DNA of 64,000 nt, from IMG/VR virus record IMGVR_UViG_3300031240_000002, positions 1 to 64,000 of that record. The stretch is one strand, 5' to 3'. The position numbers and the translations under genes were made by a program. This DNA is from a virus. Positions 54,551-63,280 of the stretch are shown one piece after another. Under the pieces are notes generated by a model. The model was not told where the DNA came from and did not search any database. It worked only from the letters and a program-made list of their open reading frames with translations. Position 1 is the first letter of the stretch; each line of letters begins with the position of its first letter.

Positions 54551-54554
54551 GGTC

Positions 54555-54758
54555 TCACCTGCTCCCGTCGTGGCTGTTGCCGCCCGTGATCCGGTACGGC
54601 ATGTCGTCGCGCACCGGGTTGTCGGCCGGCTCGTCGGGGAGGTTCCCCGGCGCGGTCCGTTGGTTCTCGAGGACCCGGGACTTCCGCCCGATGGCCGGCT
54701 CGTTCTCATCGGCGAGCGGCATCGGGTGCGGGTCTGGCGTGGTGATGACGACGGCCAT
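54555..54758 (-). CDS. micro-protein (67 aa)
   Basis: MAVVITTPDP...NPVRDDMPYRITGG. Confidence 0.65.
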   Translation of the reverse strand: MAVVITTPDPHPMPLADENEPAIGRKSRVLENQRTAPGNLPDEPADNPVRDDMPYRITGGNSHDGSR

Positions 54759-54762
54759 GGGG

Positions 54763-55206
54763 CTACTCGTCGTCGTCCTTCTCGTCGTCGTCGTCGTCCC
54801 CGTCCTCGTCGTCCTTCTCGTCCTCTTCCTCTTCGTGATCCTCTTCGTGATCCTCGACGAGGTCCTCGATGTCCTTGGTCATGTCGTCGAGCTCGTCCTG
54901 GAGCTTCTCGAACTTCTTCTTGAAGCTCTTGTCCGAGTCGTCCGGGAGCGTCTCGCCCTTCAGCTTCTCGATCGCGTCTGCGACCCCCTGGAGGGCAGAG
55001 CATGCGCTGCATCCCGCAGCTTTGTCGGCGTCATCGCCTCCGCCCTGATCCCCGCCGCCTTCGTCACCGCCGCCGCCCTGGCCTTCGCCGTCGCCAGGAG
55101 GGCCTCCACCTCCAGGAGCGCCTCCGCCCCCTCCATGGTCACCACCGCCGGGACCGGCGTGCTTGCGAGAGCTGAGGAGGTTTCGGACCTGTTCCTTGGA
55201 CGCCAT
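54763..55206 (-). CDS. Gly-rich protein with a very acidic C-terminus
   Basis: poly-Gly tract, CSAC, D/E tail; start 7 nt after CATCCT. Confidence 0.7.
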   Translation of the reverse strand: MASKEQVRNLLSSRKHAGPGGGDHGGGGGAPGGGGPPGDGEGQGGGGDEGGGDQGGGDDADKAAGCSACSALQGVADAIEKLKGETLPDDSDKSFKKKFEKLQDELDDMTKDIEDLVEDHEEDHEEEEDEKDDEDGDDDDDEKDDDE

Positions 55207-55213
55207 GCCCCGC

Positions 55214-55243
55214 AGGATGGAGCCGAAGGGGAGTGAGCGTCAA
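55214..55243 (-). promoter_or_regulatory. sigma70-type leaderless promoter
   Basis: TTGACG-N18-CATCCT-N7-ATG. Confidence 0.6.
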
Positions 55244-55256
55244 GAAGGCGGGGGCC

Positions 55257-55382
55257 TCACGGCTTGGCCGACGGGCAGATGCAGCCGTTCACGATCCGCA
55301 ATTCCTGGGTGGCCCGTATGGCAAAGAAGATGGAGAAGGCGAGGTACGCGAGTAGCGCGACCCGCCAGAGGATCCGCCTCAT
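55257..55382 (-). CDS. small membrane peptide
   Basis: MRRILWRVALLAYLAFSIFFAI; ATGA overlap. Confidence 0.5.
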   Translation of the reverse strand: MRRILWRVALLAYLAFSIFFAIRATQELRIVNGCICPSAKP

Positions 55383-56005
55383 GCGCTCTGCGTCCCCAGC
55401 AGTTCCAAGATCGCCGCCGCGGTGAGGTTCCTGGTCCGGGTGGCCGAGGGGCTGGTGTCGTTGATGTTCGCTGCGCGGGCAAGAGATCCGCAGCGGAGGA
55501 CCACCTCGACCAGGGCCTTCTCGACGTTCTCCCGGGTTGGGCCGGCTGTCGCCACCTGGTTGGCGAGCTGGTGGAGGAGGCGGGCATCTCGGCCGGGGCG
55601 GTCCTGGGGGGGGGAGGCGGGCGCATCGGGGTGCACCCAGTCCCGCACGTTCTCCCGGACTATCCGGCCCCAGCGCTCGCCGATCTGGTCGATCAGCGTG
55701 TCGACATCGGAGGCGCTCGGGCGGTGTCCGCTCACGCGATCCTGGGGACTGTCCGACCACGCCGGACGGACGATGGTGGTCGTCCCGCTGGTCTCGTCGA
55801 AGCTCCACGTCATGTTCTCGGGGAGCTGCGCCCACCCGGCGCTGTAGGACAGGAAGCACGCGAAGGCGCGGCAGGTTGGATCGGCGCGCCAGTCGAAGGG
55901 GGGCGGCTCATCGGGGCGGGGCGGGGCGGCCTCGGCGATCAGCTTGGGTGCGCGGCGCGGTGGCGCGGGCGCGTCGGGCTGGAGCTTGATCTTGGACTTG
56001 CCCAT
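55379..56005 (-). CDS. hypothetical protein
   Basis: 208 aa in operon. Confidence 0.6.
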   Translation of the reverse strand: MGKSKIKLQPDAPAPPRRAPKLIAEAAPPRPDEPPPFDWRADPTCRAFACFLSYSAGWAQLPENMTWSFDETSGTTTIVRPAWSDSPQDRVSGHRPSASDVDTLIDQIGERWGRIVRENVRDWVHPDAPASPPQDRPGRDARLLHQLANQVATAGPTRENVEKALVEVVLRCGSLARAANINDTSPSATRTRNLTAAAILELLGTQSA

Positions 56006-56008
56006 GGG

Positions 56009-56539
56009 TCAGCCCTTGAACCGCCCGAGCGGCAACTCCGGGATGGTGGCGAGCCACTCAGCGTAGGGGTCCGTCGGGTTCCCCTTCCAGTCGACCGACG
56101 GACGCAAGAGCACCGAGCTTCGGTGGCGAACGGGAGGGGCCACGGCGTGCCCAGATGGCAGCACCAGGAACGCGCGCCGCGTGTAGGGGTTTCCCTCAGG
56201 TGCCTGGCCGGTCAGCTTGACGTAGCAGGCGCTGCAGACGTACGCGTGGTCCAGGCCGCGGTTGGCGCCCTCTCCCTGCAGCTCCCAGAAGTCGCGGCGC
56301 GGCTGCCAAGGATCGATGCAGCGATGGGCGCGGCACCTGATCATCTCCGCTTGGTAGGCCGTCAGCGCCGCCGCCTCGTCCGCGATCTGCGCGAGCCTGG
56401 CGCGCTCACGCTCCTCGTCCCGCTCTCTCTTCCGGTCGAGGTCGCGGCTCGCCTCGAGGAGGTAGGCGCCAGCCGCCGCCGCGAACAGGAGAGCCAGCAG
56501 CCCGAGCGGGAGGTAGTCGACCAGGAAGTCTGCGGTCAT
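56009..56539 (-). CDS. membrane-anchored hypothetical protein
   Basis: MTADFLVDYLPLGLLALLFAAAAGAYL; ATG 8 nt after TAGTAT. Confidence 0.65.
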   Translation of the reverse strand: MTADFLVDYLPLGLLALLFAAAAGAYLLEASRDLDRKRERDEERERARLAQIADEAAALTAYQAEMIRCRAHRCIDPWQPRRDFWELQGEGANRGLDHAYVCSACYVKLTGQAPEGNPYTRRAFLVLPSGHAVAPPVRHRSSVLLRPSVDWKGNPTDPYAEWLATIPELPLGRFKG

Positions 56540-56546
56540 GGACCCG

Positions 56547-56557
56547 GATACTACGCG
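56547..56557 (-). promoter_or_regulatory. CGCGTAGTATC motif copy 12
   Basis: its TAG is the stop of the HNH ORF; TAGTAT 8 nt before ATG 56539. Confidence 0.75.
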
Positions 56558-57261
56558 GCCGGCGCGCGCGGCACGGAGGGATCGACGGCCCCGGCGATTG
56601 GACCGACCTTCCCTCGGCCTCCCCTTCGCCAGGAATGAACCCCCGTCCCGAGCAGGTGCGTCGGCGCCTGCCACCCATGGCTCCTCGACCACGTAGCGTG
56701 ACCGTTGCAGTAGCCGCGGTACTTGTGGGGCTTCCCGCACCCGGGGACGGAGCAGACGCCCCGACCATGTTCCGCCCGGACGTGCTCGCCGTTCGATCCG
56801 TGAAGTTCCAAATTTTCGTCCCTGTTGTCGCTCCTGATGTGATTCAGGTGATGGACGACCTCGTCGGCCGTGAGGTATCGGCCGAGGCGCTTCTCCATGA
56901 CCAGCCGATGTTAGAGGACGTAGCCGCCGCACTGAGCGTTCGGGTGATCGGGGGCGTAGATGCGAACGTAACCGAGCTCGTCGAGCCGATCGCGGACGAC
57001 CCGAAACCCGAGCCCGTGCTTCTTGGCGATGGCCATGAGAGGCAACCCGTCCGTCACATACTCGACGACCAGCTGATTTACGTCGACCGCGACGCGCTTT
57101 CGGTTCCTGATCCTCCGCCTGATGGTCACGCCGGCCGCCACGATTCGCTTCCACACCAGGTTGGCCGACACGCCGTGTTTGGCGCCGATCTGTTCGAGGG
57201 TCTTACCCGCCGAGTAGTCTTCGACGAATGCACTGACGTCGATGTCGATTCGCGCTGGCAT
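56551..57261 (-). pseudogene. HNH endonuclease with an in-frame TAA
   Basis: GYVL*HRLVMEKRLGR...VVHHLNHIRSDNRDENL; TAA at 56911-56913 where the motif expects E (GAA). Confidence 0.85.
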
Positions 57262-57282
57262 GCCTGTATAGTGCGGAGCGAA

Positions 57283-58215
57283 TCACGAGGACGCCAGTCC
57301 TCTTGTCGTGGGTTTCACGGGGCCCGCCGGTGCCACCGTCTCCGGGTTGCCCCACGCCGATTGCCAGGGAATGCAGAGGCTTCTGTCGTTTGGTCTGTTT
57401 GGTCCTTGCATCATTCGGACGATCTTGCCGGTCGGGCGCCCCTTCGAATCCTTCACGACCCACACGAACGGTTGGTCGACCGGCACCGTCTGGCCGTCCA
57501 GATCCTTGGAGTCGTCCCCCTCCCGATCGTCCCGCGTCTCGACCCAGCGCTTGAGTAGCTTCGGCATGGACATCCGAAAGCCCTCCATCGCTCTCTGCGT
57601 CGTCACCCCGGCTGCGTGCGAGAGCTCGGTCCTGCATACCCTCTCTGCCCGCCAACGCTGCCCATCGAACGTCCCTCCCGCCTTCACCAGTCGGTCGACC
57701 GCCTGGTCCACCGTCTCCCCCTGCACCAGGGACCGGGAGAGCCCGTCACGGATGGACAGGAGCGCCTGGGGCCCGTAGCGCTTGGCGCTGTCGCGGTAGC
57801 GCTGGAGGAGCGTGGGGGCGACGCTGGGGTAGACGCCGCGGACCACCGCAGCCTGCTCGGCAGCGATGACGGGGGTCATGGCGCCGCGGGCCGTCTCGAC
57901 CCTGCCGATCATCTGCGCCACCTGGCGCGGCGCCACTACCCCGGCGAGCTGCCCCGTCTGGTGGAGGTGCTCGCGGAAGGGGGCTTCGAAGTTGCGGAGG
58001 GCCTCGACGACCTGGGCGAGCACCAGCTGCAGGTGGACGGCGGCGAAGGTCTGGCCCTTGCCGTCCCGCTTGAGGGAGGCGAGGCGGTCTTCGAGCTCGG
58101 TCCGGGAGGAGGCGTAGATGCCGCGCAGGCGCCCGACGCCGCGGACCTCGATGATGCCGGCCAGCTGGGCGCGGTGGAGCGCCACGATCTCGCGGATGAG
58201 CGGGCTGACGGCCAC
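57283..58215 (-). CDS. head morphogenesis protein (SPP1 gp7/Mu gpF-like)
   Basis: RAERVCRTE...KRWVETRDDR...LDGQTVPVDQPF...RPNDR. Confidence 0.85.
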   Translation of the reverse strand: MAVSPLIREIVALHRAQLAGIIEVRGVGRLRGIYASSRTELEDRLASLKRDGKGQTFAAVHLQLVLAQVVEALRNFEAPFREHLHQTGQLAGVVAPRQVAQMIGRVETARGAMTPVIAAEQAAVVRGVYPSVAPTLLQRYRDSAKRYGPQALLSIRDGLSRSLVQGETVDQAVDRLVKAGGTFDGQRWRAERVCRTELSHAAGVTTQRAMEGFRMSMPKLLKRWVETRDDREGDDSKDLDGQTVPVDQPFVWVVKDSKGRPTGKIVRMMQGPNRPNDRSLCIPWQSAWGNPETVAPAGPVKPTTRGLASS

Positions 58216-58224
58216 GGCGGCAGT

Positions 58225-58461
58225 CTACCGCGGTCGCCGGCGGGCGGCTCTCTCCTCGCGGATCGCGGCGCGCAGGTGACCGGCGAGCGCCTTTAGTCGA
58301 TCGAGGGCGAAGGTGCAGCCGAGCCCCATCAGGCACCGTTCGCGGTAGCCGGTCGCCGGGTTCCAGTGCGTTCCGTGTGCCAGTAGGCCGGTGATCGCCC
58401 AGACGTAGAGGACCGTGCAGCCGGTCGCGATGATGAACCCGATCAGCCCGCGGACGGTCAT
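58225..58461 (-). CDS. small membrane protein
   Basis: MTVRGLIGFIIATGCTVLYVWAITGLL; ATGA overlap. Confidence 0.55.
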   Translation of the reverse strand: MTVRGLIGFIIATGCTVLYVWAITGLLAHGTHWNPATGYRERCLMGLGCTFALDRLKALAGHLRAAIREERAARRRPR

Positions 58462-58751
58462 GCCGGCAGCGCCTTCGGGTGGTGCGCCTGCTGGTGCTCC
58501 TTCATCGCCTTGGCCACGGCACGCGAGCCCCCGCACTTCCTGCACCGGGTGACGTTGAAGTGCGTCACGATCGGCCCGTGCTCCGCGCAGTCGATCACCT
58601 CGCCGTCCGTGTCGGTGTGCTTCTTCACGCAGAGGGGGCGCGCGCAGCTGAGCTGGAAGATCGGGTTCTTGGGCGTCGCCTTGGTGAAGCAGATCCCGCA
58701 CCGCGAGAGCGACCGGTCCCCGGTGAAGTCTTCGCTGAGCTTGTCGAGCAT
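58458..58751 (-). CDS. zinc-finger protein
   Basis: CGIC, CAEHG, CRKC; GGAGG SD. Confidence 0.65.
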   Translation of the reverse strand: MLDKLSEDFTGDRSLSRCGICFTKATPKNPIFQLSCARPLCVKKHTDTDGEVIDCAEHGPIVTHFNVTRCRKCGGSRAVAKAMKEHQQAHHPKALPA

Positions 58752-58925
58752 CGTGGCCTCCGGTTTAACTACGTGACCCCTTACGAGGGTCAGGCGACCG
58801 ATCTGCCGAATTTCCCTGCCCGGTGACAGGGGGGCTTCCGATCGCGGGCCGCCGCGAGTGTCAGCTCGCGGACCGCGCCGCTCGAGGGGGTGGCCGGCAG
58901 GTCCCGGTCCCGAGCGGGCCGAGTC

Positions 58926-59282
58926 TTATTTTCTTGCGACGGCCATCAGTTTGAACTTGATGGTGCTGCGCTTCTTCTCCTCGTCGTACCCGGTCTCCGA
59001 TGTCGCCTCGATCTCGTACTCGCGGGTGTTGATCTGCAGGCTGGTGATCTCGCGCCCGGTGGCATCGAACAAACGAATGGTGGCCGATTGGAGGTGGTCG
59101 GGGTTGGCGCCGACGTAGGTCGAGACCCTCTGGTTGATCAGGGACAGGCATCGCCCGCACGGCTCGCCAGTGAAGTCGCCGGATTCGAGCGCCTTGGTCC
59201 TCACGTACTCGAAGGCCAGCTCGGCCCTCGTCTTGCCGCAGACCGATGTCTCTCCCCCGTCGGTGCTCCCGTGGACGCTCAT
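58926..59282 (-). CDS. hypothetical protein
   Basis: ATG 7 nt after TAGTAT; H..CG..CGRC. Confidence 0.7.
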   Translation of the reverse strand: MSVHGSTDGGETSVCGKTRAELAFEYVRTKALESGDFTGEPCGRCLSLINQRVSTYVGANPDHLQSATIRLFDATGREITSLQINTREYEIEATSETGYDEEKKRSTIKFKLMAVARK

Positions 59283-59288
59283 GCGGCA

Positions 59289-59299
59289 GATACTACGCG
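59289..59299 (-). promoter_or_regulatory. CGCGTAGTATC motif copy 13
   Basis: its TAG is the stop of 59293-59727; TAGTAT 7 nt before ATG 59282. Confidence 0.75.
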
Positions 59300-59727
59300 C
59301 CCGCGGGCGGGACCGAGGAAACGTCGTGGCGGGTGCCGTCCCAGTCGTCCAGCGCGACCGAGATCCTCTTGGCGCGCGGCTGCTTCTTGTTCAGCCAGAT
59401 GACCAGCTCCTCGCGGATCACCAGGTCGGTGATGACCATGGCGATCGCCAGCCCCTCGAAGAACGGGAGCTTCCGGATCTGCTTTGGCGTGATGTCGGGC
59501 GTGAACGGAAAATAGTTGCTCTTGGCCGGGGCGAAGGGAGCGAGGCCGAGGAGGACGGCCCACCAGCGCAGTCTGCGGTGGAGTCGAACCCGCCAGGACC
59601 GGCGCTGCCTGAAGTGCTCGGCGGCGGCGCGCGCGGTCGCGTCGATCATCGCCTCGGTCTCGACGATGCAATCCCACAGCGTGGAGATCTTCGGATACCC
59701 AGGCGGGACGATCAGCTCATCGGCCAT
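59293..59727 (-). CDS. hypothetical protein
   Basis: 144 aa; TAGCGT 8 nt before ATG. Confidence 0.6.
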   Translation of the reverse strand: MADELIVPPGYPKISTLWDCIVETEAMIDATARAAAEHFRQRRSWRVRLHRRLRWWAVLLGLAPFAPAKSNYFPFTPDITPKQIRKLPFFEGLAIAMVITDLVIREELVIWLNKKQPRAKRISVALDDWDGTRHDVSSVPPAGA

Positions 59728-59738
59728 GGGCCGGAACG

Positions 59739-60203
59739 CTACCTCCGATCGCCGCGCATCGGGGGCGGTTTCTTGCCGGCCTCGATGGCGTTCTCTCGGG
59801 CGTGGACGCTGTTGCTCGCCTCCGTGTGGCAGTCCTCGCAGAGCGTGTGGAGGGCGTCCAGCTTGTTGACGTGGCCCATCTTCACGCCGCGCTTCAGGTC
59901 CTTCCGCTTCCGCGCCTCGCTGTCCTCCCGGATCTCTTTCGGATGGCCGCTGATGTGATCAAGCGTTACCCGCCGCTTGGGCGTGGGGCAGTGCTTGTTC
60001 GTGCAGCGGTACCCGTCCCGGCGGAAAACCGCCCTTGCCAGCCTGGGATCCAATCCGCCCTTCCCCCCGTTCGCCAGCGTGGCGCCGTGCTCGCGGGCCT
60101 CGCGCTGGATCTGCCGCACGACCGCGGCGTCCGCCCGCCGGTTGCGCCCGCCCGCCCGCTTGCGCGCCGCCGACCAGGACGCGACGGCTGCTCGGGTCGC
60201 CAC
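59739..60203 (-). CDS. HNH endonuclease
   Basis: VFRRDGYRC...C...LDHISGH...N..DALHTLCEDCH. Confidence 0.8.
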   Translation of the reverse strand: MATRAAVASWSAARKRAGGRNRRADAAVVRQIQREAREHGATLANGGKGGLDPRLARAVFRRDGYRCTNKHCPTPKRRVTLDHISGHPKEIREDSEARKRKDLKRGVKMGHVNKLDALHTLCEDCHTEASNSVHARENAIEAGKKPPPMRGDRR

Positions 60204-60797
60204 CTACTCCCCCGAGGCCACGACGGGGGGGGCGTTCGGGTTGGTGGAGGGACCGGGCGGAACCGGCGCCCCATCTGCCCCGATCCGAAGGTTCGCCTGG
60301 CGCCCGCCGAACGGGTCCCGTTGGCCGTCGTACTCGGGCACCATGGCGCGCGGCGTGGGGTAGAGACGTTCGGCCTCTTCGACGGGGGGCAGCAGGTACA
60401 GGAGCGGCCTGCCGCTGCTGTCCGTTCCAGACGGATCGAGATCCCTCAGTCCAGCGAGGTACTCGTGATACTTGTCCACCGCGTTCCCCTCGCTGTCGAC
60501 ACCCTGGCGGAGGAGCCCGTTGGCCATCGAGCCCGGGGCGCCGCTGGGGGAGCCAAGGGGCTGGCCGCCGGGCCCGACGAGGCGGGACGGCTGCGGCGCG
60601 GCCGCGAGCGGGAGCGCCACCTGGACCAGCAGGAACTGCCGGTGCGTCTCGTTCCAGGCGTAGGCGTAGCCGTCGGGGGGCGGCGGGAGCGTGGCGGGTG
60701 ACGGCGCGGCGGCCGCTGGTGCTGGGGCGGGAGCGCTACCGGGCCGCGACGACGGCCCCCGCCTGAGCATACTGGCGACTTGTTCCCGGGTAGGCAT
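60204..60797 (-). CDS. Pro-rich hypothetical protein
   Basis: 197 aa in the portal operon. Confidence 0.6.
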   Translation of the reverse strand: MPTREQVASMLRRGPSSRPGSAPAPAPAAAAPSPATLPPPPDGYAYAWNETHRQFLLVQVALPLAAAPQPSRLVGPGGQPLGSPSGAPGSMANGLLRQGVDSEGNAVDKYHEYLAGLRDLDPSGTDSSGRPLLYLLPPVEEAERLYPTPRAMVPEYDGQRDPFGGRQANLRIGADGAPVPPGPSTNPNAPPVVASGE

Positions 60798-61215
60798 GGC
60801 TCAGGGTAACCCCCAACTCCTGCGCGAGTCGACCCCAGTCTGGGACCTCGCTGCGATCATCCACGAAGGCGTCGACCATGGGTTTACCCGGGGATGTCCA
60901 GGGCTGCATGAGGTGCCAGACGCCCTCCGCAATCAGGAAGGACCGAGCCTCCTCCCAGAGTGCCCAGCTCTTCTCGACGTCTGGGCTCGCGCGGCCGCTG
61001 CGCCAGAAGTCGTCGGCGTCCCACGGCTCGGCGTCGACCAGCACGCAGGCGACCGCGCAGCGGCAGGAGAAGAGCCAGAGCTTCATCCCGGCGGCGGCTG
61101 CGGCCACCACGAACTCGCGTGCCTTCGGGCGCCAGCGCAGCGGGGTGACGTCCTTCTCGACGAGGGAGCCGTCCAGGTCCAGGGCGAGGGAGATGGTGCC
61201 GTCGGGCGCGGGCAT
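60736..61215 (-). CDS. HAD-superfamily hydrolase-like protein
   Basis: ISLALDLDGSL (DxD), LFSCR, KPMVDAFVDDR. Confidence 0.7.
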   Translation of the reverse strand: MPAPDGTISLALDLDGSLVEKDVTPLRWRPKAREFVVAAAAAGMKLWLFSCRCAVACVLVDAEPWDADDFWRSGRASPDVEKSWALWEEARSFLIAEGVWHLMQPWTSPGKPMVDAFVDDRSEVPDWGRLAQELGVTLSHAYPGTSRQYAQAGAVVAAR

Positions 61216-61505
61216 CAGCAGGGGATCCAGCGGCCGTCTTTGACGAAGCCGTGGTGGCCGCAGGCCCGGCAGAGCAACGACGGCGAGACCGTCAGCGGCT
61301 CCAGCTTATCGAGCGTCCATCCGCGCGCTCCGTCGTCGAGCGGGATGAACCCGAGCGCCTCTTTCCCGTCCTTGCACGAGTGCCAATAGTCGAAGCCGGA
61401 CAGCTTCCCCGCCAGCGATGGGTCGATCCCGGGAGCGTCCTTCTCGGTCGGGTAGTAGCAGATCGAGATCGTGACGCCGTGGCCGATGTCGACGCGCTCG
61501 CTCAC
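61215..61505 (-). CDS. DUF6527-like zinc-binding protein
   Basis: W...LTVSPSLLCRACGHHGFVKDGRW; GTG overlaps the portal stop. Confidence 0.7.
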   Translation of the reverse strand: MSERVDIGHGVTISICYYPTEKDAPGIDPSLAGKLSGFDYWHSCKDGKEALGFIPLDDGARGWTLDKLEPLTVSPSLLCRACGHHGFVKDGRWIPC

Positions 61506-63280
61506 GGCTGGCCGCCCTGGCCGGCGCCGGGGCTGTTCTGGCCGTCCCCGTCCTGCTCCGACTGCGTCCCCTCGACGACGGTGCGCTCCATTTTTACGCC
61601 GCCCTCGAACCCGGCCAGCGCTCGCTCCGCCTGCTCCTGGCTCTCGGCGTTGGCGCCGGCCACCTCTGCCTCCACGTCGGTCACGCCGAAGAGGGGAGCC
61701 ACGCGGGTGGCGGCCGTCACCTGGGTGATGAGCCGCGAGGCGTTCGCCGCGGTGCTGTTCTGGATCATGTCCTTGATGTCGTTCTCGGTGGGGGGGAAGT
61801 AGGGCCCCCACTTGAGGCTCATGTACCCGCCGGCGCCGAGCTTCTGGGGTACGAGCTCGTCGGTGGCTTGGCCGTCTGCTGCGGGCGCGCGGCGCATCGG
61901 CATGTCCAGCTTGAACTTCCCGATCCGCGTCTGCCCGTCCTCGCCGTCCGGGAGCTGCACCGGGGCCTCGGCCTTCTTCCCGATGAGCACCACGATCTTC
62001 ATCACCTCGACGATCGCGTCCCCATACTGGCCGCGGAGGTCGTCGCAGCGGGAGATCATCGGGGCATAGCGGAGCTCGATCGCCTTGGCGCTCTGGCTGT
62101 TGGCGATGTCCTGGTCGTCGGGGAAGACGGCGCCGGTGATCTCGTCGATCTGGCTCTCCAGCTTGTCGGAGACCTTGAGCGCCATCTCGATGCCAGACCC
62201 GGTCATCTCCATGTACCGGGCCGAGCCCTGGAGGCCGACCTCCATCGCGAAGTCGGATCCCTTCACCATCGCCCCATTGCCGTCGACTACGTGGGGATCC
62301 GTCGAGGTGATGACGGTGGGATCGCAGTTGGCGAGGGTGGCGTAGTTCGCCTGAGAGATCAGGCGGTCGTTCGTGTCGATCGTCTCGAAGGCCCCCTCGC
62401 AGTCGGCGCCGCCGCCGTCCTCGTCCTCCTCATCGGCGATGTTCTGGATCCAGGTGCCGGGGAAGACGCCGAGCCCGTGGTGCAGGGAGAGCTGGGGATC
62501 GATCGTCCATGCGTTCGCCGGGTCCGCCTTGGCGGCGTCGACCGTGATCTCGGTGTACCGGATGTCGTCGTTCTCCGTGATGATCCGACGGACCAGGTAC
62601 TCGACCTGGCGGATGCTCCCGTCGGGCTTGCCGTCGTCGTCAGCGCCGGGCTCCGTGCGGAGCGTCCGATACATGAGCAGCACGCCGCGGAGGCTCCAGT
62701 TGCGCTTGTCCTTCCAGATCTTCACCGCGACGTACTTGGCGTTGTGGACCTCGAAGACCCAGCGGCTCTCGACGACGTGGACGGTCATCATGACCGAGCC
62801 CATGCCGCCGCCCTTGTTGCGGGCGATCCGCATCGATCGCCAGAAGCGGCCCGCCTCCCTGACCGCGTCCAGGTAGTCCTCGGTGTCCGCGTCCTGCTCG
62901 ACCTTCACCTTGGGGATTCGCTGGGAGCTGAAGAGCATGTCAGTGAAGCGCTGGGTGGTGGTCTTCGCCTTCCGGGTGGGGGCGGTCGGGCGCTTCTCGC
63001 GCGCGGTCTTCTTCGGCGACTCGCCGCCGCTCGGCTGGGTGCCGGCGGGGAAGAGAACCTCGGGCGAGATCGTTTCCAGCGCGTCGGCGCGGTCCCCCCA
63101 CCAGTCGGTCTTCTGGTGGTCGTACTCGAGTGCGCGGGCGAAGGCTTCCTTCCGGTCGAGCCTCGCGTAACGCTCGGTGACGTCGAAGACCGCCCGCTGC
63201 TGGAGGAGCTGCACCACCTGCTGGTCGGTGGGGACGAACGCTGTCGGCGCTGGGGCGCCCTTGATCGTCGTTGCGGCCAC
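61502..63280 (-). CDS. portal protein
   Basis: 592 aa at the start of the head module; HGLGVFPG.WIQN, ARYMEMTGSG, QSAKAIELRYAPM. Confidence 0.85.
   Translation of the reverse strand: MAATTIKGAPAPTAFVPTDQQVVQLLQQRAVFDVTERYARLDRKEAFARALEYDHQKTDWWGDRADALETISPEVLFPAGTQPSGGESPKKTAREKRPTAPTRKAKTTTQRFTDMLFSSQRIPKVKVEQDADTEDYLDAVREAGRFWRSMRIARNKGGGMGSVMMTVHVVESRWVFEVHNAKYVAVKIWKDKRNWSLRGVLLMYRTLRTEPGADDDGKPDGSIRQVEYLVRRIITENDDIRYTEITVDAAKADPANAWTIDPQLSLHHGLGVFPGTWIQNIADEEDEDGGGADCEGAFETIDTNDRLISQANYATLANCDPTVITSTDPHVVDGNGAMVKGSDFAMEVGLQGSARYMEMTGSGIEMALKVSDKLESQIDEITGAVFPDDQDIANSQSAKAIELRYAPMISRCDDLRGQYGDAIVEVMKIVVLIGKKAEAPVQLPDGEDGQTRIGKFKLDMPMRRAPAADGQATDELVPQKLGAGGYMSLKWGPYFPPTENDIKDMIQNSTAANASRLITQVTAATRVAPLFGVTDVEAEVAGANAESQEQAERALAGFEGGVKMERTVVEGTQSEQDGDGQNSPGAGQGGQP

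Noticed and set aside
56911-56913. Stop-codon reassignment (TAA read as Glu/Gln)
   Set aside because: Single instance; TAA terminates other genes normally, and no suppressor tRNA was seen.
875-59299. GATACTACGCG repeats as CRISPR repeats or integron attC sites
   Set aside because: Only 11 bp, dispersed, non-palindromic, and no integrase is seen. Fixed spacing to start codons fits a promoter better.
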